This document shows positions 1-12,400 of a stretch of DNA of 64,000 bases, piece by piece; within the stretch, counting starts at the first letter, position 1; the number at the start of each line of letters is the position of its first letter. Origin of the DNA: the human T2T-CHM13v2.0 reference genome, Homo sapiens. The position numbers and the translations under genes were made by a program. The DNA is taken from NCBI RefSeq assembly GCF_009914755.1, contig NC_060925.1. One strand, 5' to 3'. The notes under the pieces were generated by a model, which saw only the letters and a program-made list of their open reading frames with translations, made no database searches and had not been told where the DNA came from.

Positions 1-655
1 GAGGTCCAAATCTCCACTTGCAGATTCTGCAGAAGGAGTGTTTCAAACCTGAACTATCAGAGAAAGGTTCAACACTGTGAGTTGAATGCAAGCATCACGA
101 AGAAGGTTCTGAGAATGCCTCTGTTTAGATAGGTGAGTTTTCTCCCTTATCCAACGAAATCCTCAGAGAGGTCCAAATATCCACTTGCAGATTCTACCGA
201 AAGTGTGTTTTGAAACTGCTCCATCCAAAGGAATGTTCAGCTCTGTGAGTTGAACTCAATCGTCACAAAGTGTTTCCTGGGAATGCTACTGTCTAGTTTT
301 TATGGGCAGTTATATCCTCTGCTGCCATAGGCCTCAAAGCGGTCCAAATCTCCCCTTTCAGATTCTACCAAAAGTGTGTTTCCAAACGGCTCTATCAAAG
401 GGAATGTTCAGCTCTGTGACTTGAATGCAATCATCACAAAGCAGTTTCTGAGAATGCTTCCATGTAGCTTTTATGAGCAGATATTTCCTTTTCCACCCCA
501 GGCCTCGAAGCCCTCCAAATGTCCCCTTGCAGATGCTAGAAAGAGAGGGTTTCAAAGCTGCTCTATCAAAAGGAAAGGACAACTCTGTGAGTTGAATGCA
601 AACATCACAAAGAAGTTCCTGAGCATGCTTCCGTTTAGCTTTTATGGAAAGATAA

Positions 656-672
656 TCCCTTTTCCATCGAAA
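656..672 (-). other. Degenerate CENP-B box (B-type monomer, CGGG half lost)
   Basis: tcccttttccatcgaaa has CCCT instead of CCCG in all copies read. Confidence 0.75.
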
Positions 673-826
673 TGTTCAAAGAGGTCCACATATCCGCTTG
701 CAGATTCCACCGAAAGAGTGTTTCCAAACTGCTGTATCAAAAGGAATCTTCAACTCCGTGAGTTGAATGCAATCATCACAAAGAAGTTTCTGACAACGCT
801 TCTCTCTAGTTTTTATGTGAAGATAT

Positions 827-843
827 TTCCTTTTCCACCACAG
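827..843 (-). other. pJ-alpha (A-type monomer) box; a second copy lies at HOR offset 485-501
   Basis: + strand ttccttttccaccacag = CTGTGGTGGAAAAGGAA, at the position homologous to the CENP-B box. Offset 485-501 reads ttccttttccaccccag. Confidence 0.8.
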
Positions 844-997
844 GCCTGAAAGCGCTCCAAATGTCCACTTGGAGACTCTACGAAAAGAATGTTTCAAAAC
901 TGCTCTATGAAAAGCAATGTTATACTCTGGGAGTTGAACACAAGCCTCACAAAGGAGTTTCTGAGAATGCTTCTGTTTACTTTTTACGTGAAGATAT

Positions 998-1014
998 TCC
1001 CGTTTCCAAAGAAA
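998..1014 (-). other. Degenerate CENP-B box (B-type monomer, TTCG half lost)
   Basis: tcccgtttccaaagaaa has AGAA instead of CGAA in all copies read. Confidence 0.78.
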
Positions 1015-1334
1015 TCTTCACAGGCTTCCACCTATCCATTTGCAGATGCTAGAAAAAGAGAGTTTCAAAACTGCTCTATCAAAAGGAATGTTCAACTCTG
1101 TGAGTTGAATGCAGTCATCACAGAGAAGTTTCTGAGAAGGCTTCTGTCTAGATTTTATGTGAAGATATAGCCGTTTCGAACAAAGGCCACAAAGTGCTCC
1201 AAATATCCACTTGCAGGTCCTCCAACAAGAGTGTTTCAAACGTGAACTATCAAAGGAAGGTTCAACTCTGGACTTTGAATGCAAACGTCAGAAAGATGTT
1301 TCTGCGAAAGCTTCTGTTTAGTTAGGTGACGTTA

Positions 1335-1351
1335 TCCCGTTTCCAACGAAA
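1335..1351 (-). promoter_or_regulatory. Canonical CENP-B box, at HOR offset 1335 in each copy; broken in copies 13 and 32
   Basis: + strand tcccgtttccaacgaaa = minus-strand TTTCGTTGGAAACGGGA, matching YTTCGTTGGAARCGGGA. Confidence 0.95.
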
Positions 1352-1670
1352 TCCTCAGAGAGGTCCAAATATCCACCTGCAGATTCTGCAAAAAGTGTGT
1401 TTCCAAACTGCTCCACCCAAAGGCATGTTCAGCTCTGTGAGTTAAACTCAATCATCACAAAGTATTTTCTGAGAATGCTTCTGTCCAGTTTTTACATGAA
1501 GCTGTTTCCTTTACTACCGTAGGCCTCAAAGCGTTCCAAATCTCCACTTGCAGATACTACGAAAAGAGTGTTTCAACCTGAACTCACGAGGGAATGTTCA
1601 ACTCTGTCAGTTGAATGCCAACATCACAAAGAAGTTCTGGGAATGTTTCTCTTCAGTTATGTGAGTTTTA

Positions 1671-1687
1671 TCCCGTTTCCAACGAAA
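1671..1687 (-). promoter_or_regulatory. Canonical CENP-B box at HOR offset 1671; intact in all complete copies as read
   Basis: + strand tcccgtttccaacgaaa, 336 bp after the previous box. Confidence 0.95.
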
Positions 1688-2008
1688 TTCTCAGAGAAGT
1701 ACAAATATCCACTTGCATATTCTACAAAAAGTGTGTTTTGAATGTGCTCCATCAAAAGTTATGCTCAGCTCTGTGAGTTAAACTCAATCATCACAAAGAA
1801 TTTTCTGAGAATGCTTCTGTCTTGTTTTAGGATGAAGTTATTTCCTTTACGACGATAGGCCTCAAAGAGGTCCAAATCTCCACTTGCAGATTCTGCAGAA
1901 GGAGTGTTTCAAACCTGAACTATCAGAGAAAGTTTCAGCACTGTGAGTTGAATGCAAGCATCACGAAGAAGGTTCTGAGAATGCCTCTGTTTAGATAGGT
2001 GAGTTTTC

Positions 2009-2025
2009 TCCCGTATCCAACGAAA
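2009..2025 (-). promoter_or_regulatory. CENP-B box at HOR offset 143 with the essential nucleotides intact; broken in copies 1, 3 and 8
   Basis: + strand tcccgtatccaacgaaa = TTTCGTTGGATACGGGA, which keeps the TTCG....A..CGGG core. Confidence 0.88.
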
Positions 2026-3461
2026 TCCTCAGAGAGGTCCAAATATCCACTTGCAGATTCTACAGAAAGTGTGTTTTGAAACTGCTCCATCCAAAGGAAT
2101 GTTCAGCTCTGTGAGTTGAACTCAATCGTCACAAAGTGTTTCCTGGGAATGCTACTGTCTAGTTTTTATGGGCAGTTATATCCTCTGCTGCCATAGGCCT
2201 CAAAGCGGTCCAAATCTCCCCTTTCAGATTCTACCAAAAGTGTGTTTCCAAACGGCTCTATCAAAGGGAATGTTCAACTCTGTGACTTGAATGCAATCAT
2301 CACAAAGCAGTTTCTGAGAATGCTTCCATGTAGCTTTTATGAGCAGATATTTCCTTTTCCACCCCAGGCCTCGAAGCCCTCCAAATGTCCCATTGCAGAT
2401 GCTAGAAAGAGAGGGTTTCAAAGCTGCTCTATCAAAAGGAAAGTACAACTCTGTGAGTTGAATGCAAACATCACAAAGAAGTTCCTGAGCATGCTTCCGT
2501 TTAGGTTTTATGGGAAGATTATCCCTTTTCCATCGAAATGTTCAAAGAGGTCCACATATCCGCTTGCAGATTCCACCGAAAGAGTGTTTCCAAACTGCTG
2601 TTTCAAAAGGAATCTTCAACTCCGTGAGTTGAATGCAATCATCACAAAGAAGTTTCTGACAACGCTTCTCTCTAGTTTTTATGTGAAGATATTTCCTTTT
2701 CCACCACAGGCCTGAAAGCGCTCCAAATGTCCACTTGGAGACTCTACGAAAAGAATGTTTCAAAACTGCTCTATGAAAAGCAATGTTATACTCTGGGAGT
2801 TGAACACAAGCCTCACAAAGGAGTTTCTGAGAATGCTTCTGTTTACTTTTTACGTGAAGATATTCCCGTTTCCAAAGAAATCTTCACAGGCTTCCACCTA
2901 TCCATTTGCAGATGCTAGAAAAAGAGAGTTTCAAAACTGCTCTATCAAAAGGAATGTTCAACTCTGTGAGTTGAATGCAGTCATCACAGAGAAGTTTCTG
3001 AGAAGGCTTCTGTCTAGATTTTATGTGAAGATATAGCCGTTTCGAACAAAGGCCACAAAGTGCTCCAAATATCCACTTGCAGGTCCTCCAACAAGAGTGT
3101 TTCAAACGTGAACTATCAAAGGAAGGTTCAACTCTGGACTTTGAATGCAAACGTCAGAAAGATGTTTCTGCGAAAGCTTCTGTTTAGTTAGGTGACGTTA
3201 TCCCGTTTCCAACGAAATCCTCAGAGAGGTCCAAATATCCACCTGCAGATTCTGCAAAAAGTGTGTTTCCAAACTGCTCCACCCAAAGGTATGTTCAGCT
3301 CTGTGAGTTAAACTCAATCATCACAAAGTATTTTCTGAGAATGCTTCTGTCCAGTTTTTACATGAAGCTGTTTCCTTTACTACCGTAGGCCTCAAAGCGT
3401 TCCAAATCTCCACTTGCAGATACTACGAAAAGAGCGTTTCAACCTGAACTCACGAGGGAAG

Positions 3462-6400
3462 GTTCAACTCTGTCAGTTGAATGCCAACATCACAAAGAAG
3501 TTCTGGGAATGTTTCTCTTCAGTTATGTGAGTTTTATCCCGTTTCCAACGAAATTCTCAGAGAAGTACAAATATCCACTTGCATATTCTACAAAAAGTGT
3601 GTTTTGAAAGTGCTCCATCAAAAGATATGCTCAGCTCTGTGAGTTAAACTCAATCATCACAAAGAATTTTCTGAGAATGCTTCTGTCTTGTTTTAGGATG
3701 AAGTTATTTCCTTTACGACGATAGGCCTCAAAGAGGTCCAAATCTCCACTTGCAGATTCTGCAGAAGGAGTGTTTCAAACCTGAACTATCAGAGAAAGGT
3801 TCAACACTGTGAGTTGAATGCAAGCATCACGAAGAAGGTTCTGAGAATGCCTCTGTTTAGATAGGTGAGTTTTCTCCCTTATCCAACGAAATCCTCAGAG
3901 AGGTCCAAATATCCACTTGCAGATTCTACCGAAAGTGTGTTTTGAAACTGCTCCATCCAAAGGAATGTTCAGCTCTGTGAGTTGAACTCAATCGTCACAA
4001 AGTGTTTCCTGGGAATGCTACTGTCTAGTTTTTATGGGCAGTTATATCCTCTGCTGCCATAGGCCTCAAAGCGGTCCAAATCTCCCCTTTCAGATTCTAC
4101 CAAAAGTGTGTTTCCAAACGGCTCTATCAAAGGGAATGTTCAGCTCTGTGACTTGAATGCAATCATCACAAAGCAGTTTCTGAGAATGCTTCCATGTAGC
4201 TTTTATGAGCAGATATTTCCTTTTCCACCCCAGGCCTCGAAGCCCTCCAAATGTCCCCTTGCAGATGCTAGAAAGAGAGGGTTTCAAAGCTGCTCTATCA
4301 AAAGGAAAGGACAACTCTGTGAGTTGAATGCAAACATCACAAAGAAGTTCCTGAGCATGCTTCCGTTTAGCTTTTATGGGAAGATAATCCCTTTTCCATC
4401 GAAATGTTCAAAGAGGTCCACATATCCGCTTGCATATTCCACCGAAAGAGTGTTTCCAAACTGCTGTATCAAAAGGAATCTTCAACTCCGTGAGTTGAAT
4501 GCAATCATCACAAAGAAGTTTCTGACAACGCTTCTCTCTAGTTTTTATGTGAAGATATTTCCTTTTCCACCACAGGCCTGAAAGCGCTCCAAATGTCCAC
4601 TTGGAGACTCTACGAAAAGAATGTTTCAAAACTGCTCTATGAAAAGCAATGTTATACTCTGGGAGTTGAACACAAGCCTCACAAAGGAGTTTCTGAGAAT
4701 GCTTCTGTTTACTTTTTACGTGAAGATATTCCCGTTTCCAAAGAAATCTTCACAGGCTTCCACCTATCCATTTGCAGATGCTAGAAAAAGAGAGTTTCAA
4801 AACTGCTCTATCAAAAGGAATGTTCAACTCTGTGAGTTGAATGCAGTCATCACAGAGAAGTTTCTGAGAAGGCTTCTGTCTAGATTTTATGTGAAGATAT
4901 AGCCGTTTCGAACAAAGGCCACAAAGTGCTCCAAATATCCACTTGCAGGTCCTCCAACAAGAGTGTTTCAAACGTGAACTATCAAAGGAAGGTTCAACTC
5001 TGGACTTTGAATGCAAACGTCAGAAAGATGTTTCTGCGAAAGCTTCTGTTTAGTTAGGTGACGTTATCCCGTTTCCAACGAAATCCTCAGAGAGGTCCAA
5101 ATATCCACCTGCAGATTCTGCAAAAAGTGTGTTTCCAAACTGCTCCACCCAAAGGCATGTTCAGCTCTGTGAGTTAAACTCAATCATCACAAAGTATTTT
5201 CTGAGAATGCTTCTGTCCAGTTTTTACATGAAGCTGTTTCCTTTACTACCGTAGGCCTCAAAGCGTTCCAAATCTCCACTTGCAGATACTACGAAAAGAG
5301 CGTTTCAACCTGAACTCACGAGGGAATGTTCAACTCTGTCAGTTGAATGCCAACATCACAAAGAAGTTCTGGGAATGTTTCTCTTCAGTTATGTGAGTTT
5401 TATCCCGTTTCCAACGAAATTCTCAGAGAAGTACAAATATCCACTTGCATATTCTACAAAAAGTGTGTTTTGAATGTGCTCCATCAAAAGATATGCTCAG
5501 CTCTGTGAGTTAAACTCAATCATCACAAAGAATTTTCTGAGAATGCTTCTGTCTTGTTTTAGGATGAAGTTATTTCCTTTACGACGATAGGCCTCAAAGA
5601 GGTCCAAATCTCCACTTGCAGATTCTGCAGAAGGAGTGTTTCAAACCTGAACTATCAGAGAAAGTTTCAGCACTGTGAGTTGAATGCAAGCATCACGAAG
5701 AAGGTTCTGAGAATGCCTCTGTTTAGATAGGTGAGTTTTCTCCCGTATCCAACGAAATCCTCAGAGAGGTCCAAATATCCACTTGCAGATTCTACAGAAA
5801 GTGTGTTTTGAAACTGCTCCATCCAAAGGAATGTTCAGCTCTGTGAGTTGAACTCAATCGTCACAAAGTGTTTCCTGGGAATGCTACTGTCTAGTTTTTA
5901 TGGGCAGTTATATCCTCTGCTGCCATAGGCCTCAAAGCGGTCCAAATCTCCCCTTTCAGATTCTACCAAAAGTGTGTTTCCAAACGGCTCTATCAAAGGG
6001 AATGTTCAACTCTGTGACTTGAATGCAATCATCACAAAGCAGTTTCTGAGAATGCTTCCATGTAGCTTTTATGAGCAGATATTTCCTTTTCCACCCCAGG
6101 CCTCGAAGCCCTCCAAATGTCCCCTTGCAGATGCTAGAAAGAGAGGGTTTCAAAGCTGCTCTATCAAAAGGAAAGTACAACTCTGTGAGTTGAATGCAAA
6201 CATCACAAAGAAGTTCCTGAGCATGCTTCCGTTTAGCTTTTATGGGAAGATTATCCCTTTTCCATCGAAATGTTCAAAGAGGTCCACATATCCGCTTGCA
6301 GATTCCACCGAAAGAGTGTTTCCAAACTGCTGTTTCAAAAGGAATCTTCAACTCCGTGAGTTGAATGCAATCATCACAAAGAAGTTTCTGACAACGCTTC

Positions 6401-9400
6401 TCTCTAGTTTTTATGTGAAGATATTTCCTTTTCCACCACAGGCCTGAAAGCGCTCCAAATGTCCACTTGGAGACTCTACGAAAAGAATCTTTCAAAACTG
6501 CTCTATGAAAAGCAATGTTATACTCTGGGAGTTGAACACAAGCCTCACAAAGGAGTTTCTGAGAATGCTTCTGTTTACTTTTTACGTGAAGATATTCCCG
6601 TTTCCAAAGAAATCTTCACAGGCTTCCACCTATCCATTTGCAGATGCTAGAAAAAGAGAGTTTCAAAACTGCTCTATCAAAAGGAATGTTCAACTCTGTG
6701 AGTTGAATGCAGTCATCACAGAGAAGTTTCTGAGAAGGCTTCTGTCTAGATTTTATGTGAAGATATACCCGTTTCGAACAAAGGCCACAAAGTGCTCCAA
6801 ATATCCACTTGCAGGTCCTCCAACAAGAGTGTTTCAAACGTGAACTATCAAAGGAAGGTTCAACTCTGGACTTTGAATGCAAACGTCAGAAAGATGTTTC
6901 TGCGAAAGCTTCTGTTTAGTTAGGTGACGTTATCCCGTTTCCAACGAAATCCTCAGAGAGGTCCAAATATCCACCTGCAGATTCTGCAAAAAGTGTGTTT
7001 CCAAACTGCTCCACCCAAAGGCATGTTCAGCTCTGTGAGTTAAACTCAATCATCACAAAGTATTTTCTGAGAATGCTTCTGTCCAGTTTTTACATGAAGC
7101 TGTTTCCTTTACTACCGTAGGCCTCAAAGCGTTCCAAATCTCCACTTGCAGATACTACGAAAAGAGCGTTTCAACCTGAACTCACGAGGGAAGGTTCAAC
7201 TCTGTCAGTTGAATGCCAACATCACAAAGAAGTTCTGGGAATGTTTCTCTTCAGTTATGTGAGTTTTATCCCGTTTCCAACGAAATTCTCAGAGAAGTAC
7301 AAATATCCACTTGCATATTCTACAAAAAGTGTGTTTTGAATGTGCTCCATCAAAAGATATGCTCACCTCTGTGAGTTAAACTCAATCATCACAAAGAATT
7401 TTCTGAGAATGCTTCTGTCTTGTTTTAGGATGAAGTTATTTCCTTTACGACGATAGGCCTCAAAGAGGTCCAAATCTCCACTTGCAGATTCTGCAGAAGG
7501 AGTGTTTCAAACCTGAACTATCAGAGAAAGTTTCAGCACTGTGAGTTGAATGCAAGCATCACGAAGAAGGTTCTGAGAATGCCTCTGTTTAGATAGGTGA
7601 GTTTTCTCCCGTATCCAACGAAATCCTCAGAGAGGTCCAAATATCCACTTGCAGATTCTACAGAAAGTGTGTTTTGAAACTGCTCCATCCAAAGGAATGT
7701 TCAGCTCTGTGAGTTGAACTCAATCGTCACAAAGTGTTTCCTGGGAATGCTACTGTCTAGTTTTTATGGGCAGTTATATCCTCTGCTGCCATAGGCCTCA
7801 AAGCGGTCCAAATCTCCCCTTTCAGATTCTACCAAAAGTGTGTTTCCAAACGGCTCTATCAAAGGGAATGTTCAACTCTGTGACTTGAATGCAATCATCA
7901 CAAAGCAGTTTCTGAGAATGCTTCCATGTAGCTTCTATGAGCAGATATTTCCTTTTCCACCCCAGGCCTCGAAGCCCTCCAAGTGTCCCCTTGCAGATGC
8001 TAGAAAGAGAGGGTTTCAAAGCTGCTCTATCAAAAGGAAAGTACAACTCTGTGAGTTGAATGCAAACATCACAAAGAAGTTCCTGAGCATGCTTCCGTTT
8101 AGCTTTTATGGGAAGATTATCCCTTTTCCATCGAAATGTTCAAAGAGGTCCACATATCCGCTTGCAGATTCCACCGAAAGACTGTTTCCAAACTGCTGTA
8201 TCGAAAGGAATCTTCAACTCCGTGAGTTGAATGCAATCATCACAAAGAAGTTTCTGACAACGCTTCTCTCTAGTTTTTATGTGAAGATATTTCCTTTTCC
8301 ACCACAGGCCTGAAAGCGCTCCAAATGTCCACTTGGAGACTCTACGAAAAGAATCTTTCAAAACTGCTCTATGAAAAGCAATGTTATACTCTGGGAGTTG
8401 AACACAAGCCTCACAAAGGAGTTTCTGAGAATGCTTCTGTTTACTTTTTACGTGAAGATATTCCCGTTTCCAAAGAAATCTTCACAGACTTCCACCTATC
8501 CATTTGCAGATGCTAGAAAAAGAGAGTTTCAAAACTGCTCTATCAAAAGGAATGTTCAACTCTGTGAGTTGAATGCAGTCATCACAGAGAAGTTTCTGAG
8601 AAGGCTTCTGTCTAGATTTTATGTGAAGATATACCCGTTTCGACCAAAGGCCACAAAGTGCTCCAAATATCCACTTGCAGGTCCTCCAACAAGAGTGTTT
8701 CAAACGTGAACTATCAAAGGAAGGTTCAACTCTGGACTTTGAATGCAAACGTCAGAAAGATGTTTCTGCGAAAGCTTCTGTTTAGTTAGGTGACGTTATC
8801 CCGTTTCCAACGAAATCCTCAGAGAGGTCCAAATATCCACCTGCAGATTCTGCAAAAAGTGTGTTTCCAAACTACTCCACCCAAAGGCATGTTCAGCTCT
8901 GTGAGTTAAACTCAATCATCACAAAGTATTTTCTGAGAATGCTTCTGTCCAGTTTTTACATGAAGCTGTTTCCTTTACAACCGTAGGCCTCAAAGCGTTC
9001 CAAATCTCCACTTGCAGATACTACGAAAAGAGCGTTTCAACCTGAACTCACAAGGGAAGGTTCAACTCTGTCAGTTGAATGCCAACGTCACAAAGAAGTT
9101 CTGGGAATGTTTCTCTTCAGTTATGTGAGTTTTATCCCGTTTCCAACGAAATTCTCAGAGAAGTACAAATATCCACTTGCATCTTCTACAAAAAGTGTGT
9201 TTTGAAAGTGCTCCATCAAAAGATATGCTCAGCTCTGTGAGTTAAACTCAATCATCACAAAGAATTTTCTGAGAATGCTTCTGTCTTGTTTTAGGATGAA
9301 GTTATTTCCTTTACGACGATAGGCCTCAAAGAGGTCCAAATCTCCACTTGCAGATTCTGCAGAAGGAGTGTTTCAAACCTGAACTATCAGAGAAAGGTTC

Positions 9401-12400
9401 AACACTGTGAGTTGACTGCAAGCATCACGAAGAAGGTTCTGAGAATGCTTCTGTTTAGATAAGTGAGTTTTCTCCCGTATCCAACGAAATCCTCAGAGAG
9501 GTCCAAATATCCACTTGCAGATTCTACAGAAAGTGTGTTTTGAAACTGCTCCATCCAAAGGAATGTTCAGCTCTGTGAGTTGAACTCAATCGTCACAAAG
9601 TGTTTCCTGGGAATGCTACTGTCTAGTTTTTATGGGCAGTTATATCCTCTGCTGCCATAGGCCTCAAAGCGGTCCAAATCTCCCCTTTCAGATTCTACCA
9701 AAAGTGTGTTTCCAAACGGCTCTATCAAAGGGAATGTTCAACTCTGTGACTTGAATGCAATCATCACAAAGCAGTTTCTGAGAATGCTTCCATGTAGCTT
9801 TTATGAGCAGATATTTCCTTTTCCACCCCAGGCCTCGAAGCCCTCCAAATGTCCCATTGCAGATGCTAGAAAGAGAGGGTTTCAAAGCTGCTCTATCAAA
9901 AGGAAAGTACAACTCTGTGAGTTGAATGCAAACATCACAAAGAAGTTCCTGAGCATGCTTCCGTTTAGCTTTTATGGGAAGATTATCCCTTTTCCATCGA
10001 AATGTTCAAAGAGGTCCACATATCCGCTTGCAGATTCCACCGAAAGAGTGTTTCCAAACTGCTGTTTCGAAAGGAATCTTCAACTCCGTGAGTTGAATGC
10101 AATCATCACAAAGAAGTTTCTGACAACGCTTCTCTCTAGTTTTTATGTGAAGATATTTCCTTTTCCACCACAGGCCTGAAAGCGCTCCAAATGTCCACTT
10201 GGAGACTCTACGAAAAGAATGTTTCAAAACTGCTCTATGAAAAGCAATGTTATACTCTGGGAGTTGAACACAAGCCTCACAAAGGAGTTTCTGAGAATGC
10301 TTCTGTTTACTTTTTACGTGAAGATATTCCCGTTTCCAAAGAAATCTTCACAGACTTCCACCTATCCATTTGCAGATGCTAGAAAAAGAGAGTTTCAAAA
10401 CTGCTCTATCAAAAGGAATGTTCAACTCTGTGAGTTGAATGCAGTCATCACAGAGAAGTTTCTGAGAAGGCTTCTGTCTAGATTTTATGTGAAGATATAC
10501 CCGTTTCGAACAAAGGCCACAAAGTGCTCCAAATATCCACTTGCGGGTCCTCCAACAAGAGTGTTTCAAACGTGAACTATCAAAGGAAGGTTCAACTCTG
10601 GACTTTGAATGCAAACGTCAGAAAGATGTTTCTGCGAAAGCTTCTGTTTAGTTAGGTGACGTTATCCCGTTTCCAACGAAATCCTCAGAGAGGTCCAAAT
10701 ATCCACCTGCAGATTCTGCAAAAAGTGTGTTTCCAAACTACTCCACCCAAAGGCATGTTCAGCTCTGTGAGTTAAACTCAATCATCACAAAGTATTTTCT
10801 GAGAATGCTTCTGTCTAGTTTTTACATGAAGCTGTTTCCTTTACAACCGTAGGCCTCAAAGCATTCCAAATCTCCACTTGCAGATACTACGAAAAGGGCG
10901 TTTCAACCTGAACTCACAAGGGAAGGTTCAACTCTGTCAGTTGAATGCCAACATCACAAAGAAGTTCTGGGAATGTTTCTCTTCAGTTATGTGAGTTTTA
11001 TCCCGTTTCCAACGAAATTCTCAGAGAAGTACAAATATCCACTTGCATATTCTACAAAAAGTGTGTTTTGAATGTGCTCCATCAAAAGATATGCTCAGCT
11101 CTGTGAGTTAAACTCAATCATCACAAAGAATTTTCTGAGAATGTTTCTGTCTTGTTTTAGGATGAAGTTATTTCCTTTACGACGATAGGCCTCAAAGAGG
11201 TCCAAATCTCCACTTGCAGATTCTGCAGAAGGAGTGTTTCAAACCTGAACTATCAGAGAAAGGTTCAACACTGTGAGTTGAATGCAAGCATCACGAAGAA
11301 GGTTCTGAGAATGCTTCTGTTTAAATAGGTGAGTTTTCTCCCGTATCCAACGAAATCCTCAGAGAGGTCCAAATATCCACTTGCAGATTCTACAGAAAGT
11401 GTGTTTTGAAACTGCTCCATCCAAAGGAATGTTGAGCTCTGTGAGTTGAACTCAATCGTCACAAAGTGTTTCCTGGGAATGCTACTGTCTAGTTTTTATG
11501 GGCAGTTATATCCTCTGCTGCCATAGGCCTCAAAGCGGTCCAAATCTCCCCTTTCAGATTCTACCAAAAGTGTGTTTCCAAACGGCTCTATCAAAGGGAA
11601 TGTTCAACTCTGTGACTTGAATGCAATCATCACAAAGCAGTTTCTGAGAATGCTTCCATGTAGCTTTTATGAGCAGATATTTCCTTTTCCACCCCAGGCC
11701 TCGAAGCTCTCCAAATGTCCCCTGGCAGATGCTAGAAAGAGAGGGTTTCAAAGCTGCTCTATCAAAAGGAAAGTACAACTCTGTGAGTTGAATGCAAACA
11801 TCACAAAGAAGTTCCTGAGCATGCTTCCGTTTAGCTTTTATGGGAAGATTATCCCTTTTCCATCGAAATGTTCCAAGAGGTCCACATATCCGCTTGCAGA
11901 TTCCACCGAAAGAGTGTTTCCAAACTGCTGTATCGAAAGGAATCTTCAACTCCGTGAGTTGAATGCAATCATCACAAAGAAGTTTCTGACAACGCTTCTC
12001 TCTAGTTTTTATGTGAAGATATTTCCTTTTCCACCACAGGCCTGAAAGCGCTCCAAATGTCCACTTGGAGACTCTACGAAAAGAATGTTTCAAAACTGCT
12101 CTATGAAAAGCAATGTTATACTCTGGGAGTTGAACACAAGCCTCACAAAGGAGTTTCTGAGAATGCTTCTGTTTACTTTTTACGTGAAGATATTCCCGTT
12201 TCCAAAGAAATCTTCACAGACTTCCACCTATCCATTTGCAGATGCTAGAAAAAGAGAGTTTCAAAACTGCTCTATCAAAAGGAATGTTCAACTCTGTGAG
12301 TTGAATGCAGTCATCACAGAGAAGTTTCTGAGAAGGCTTCTGTCTAGATTTTATGTGAAGATATACCCGTTTCGAACAAAGGCCACAAAGTGCTCCAAAT

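Larger units (their letters stand above)
1..1866. repeat. One HOR unit of 11 monomers starting at 1, 168, 339, 510, 681, 852, 1023, 1194, 1360, 1531 and 1696 (lengths 167,171,171,171,171,171,171,166,171,165,171)
   Basis: Monomers were phased on the g-nnn-tcca(a/c)at anchor. The lengths sum to 1866. Confidence 0.93.

Noticed and set aside
1-1866. Assignment to other 11-mer HORs (D8Z2, D13Z1/D21Z1)
   Set aside because: From recall, those are SF2 dimeric arrays of about 1868 bp. This unit is 1866 bp with SF3-like monomer types and 165-167 bp short monomers. Not confirmed by a search.
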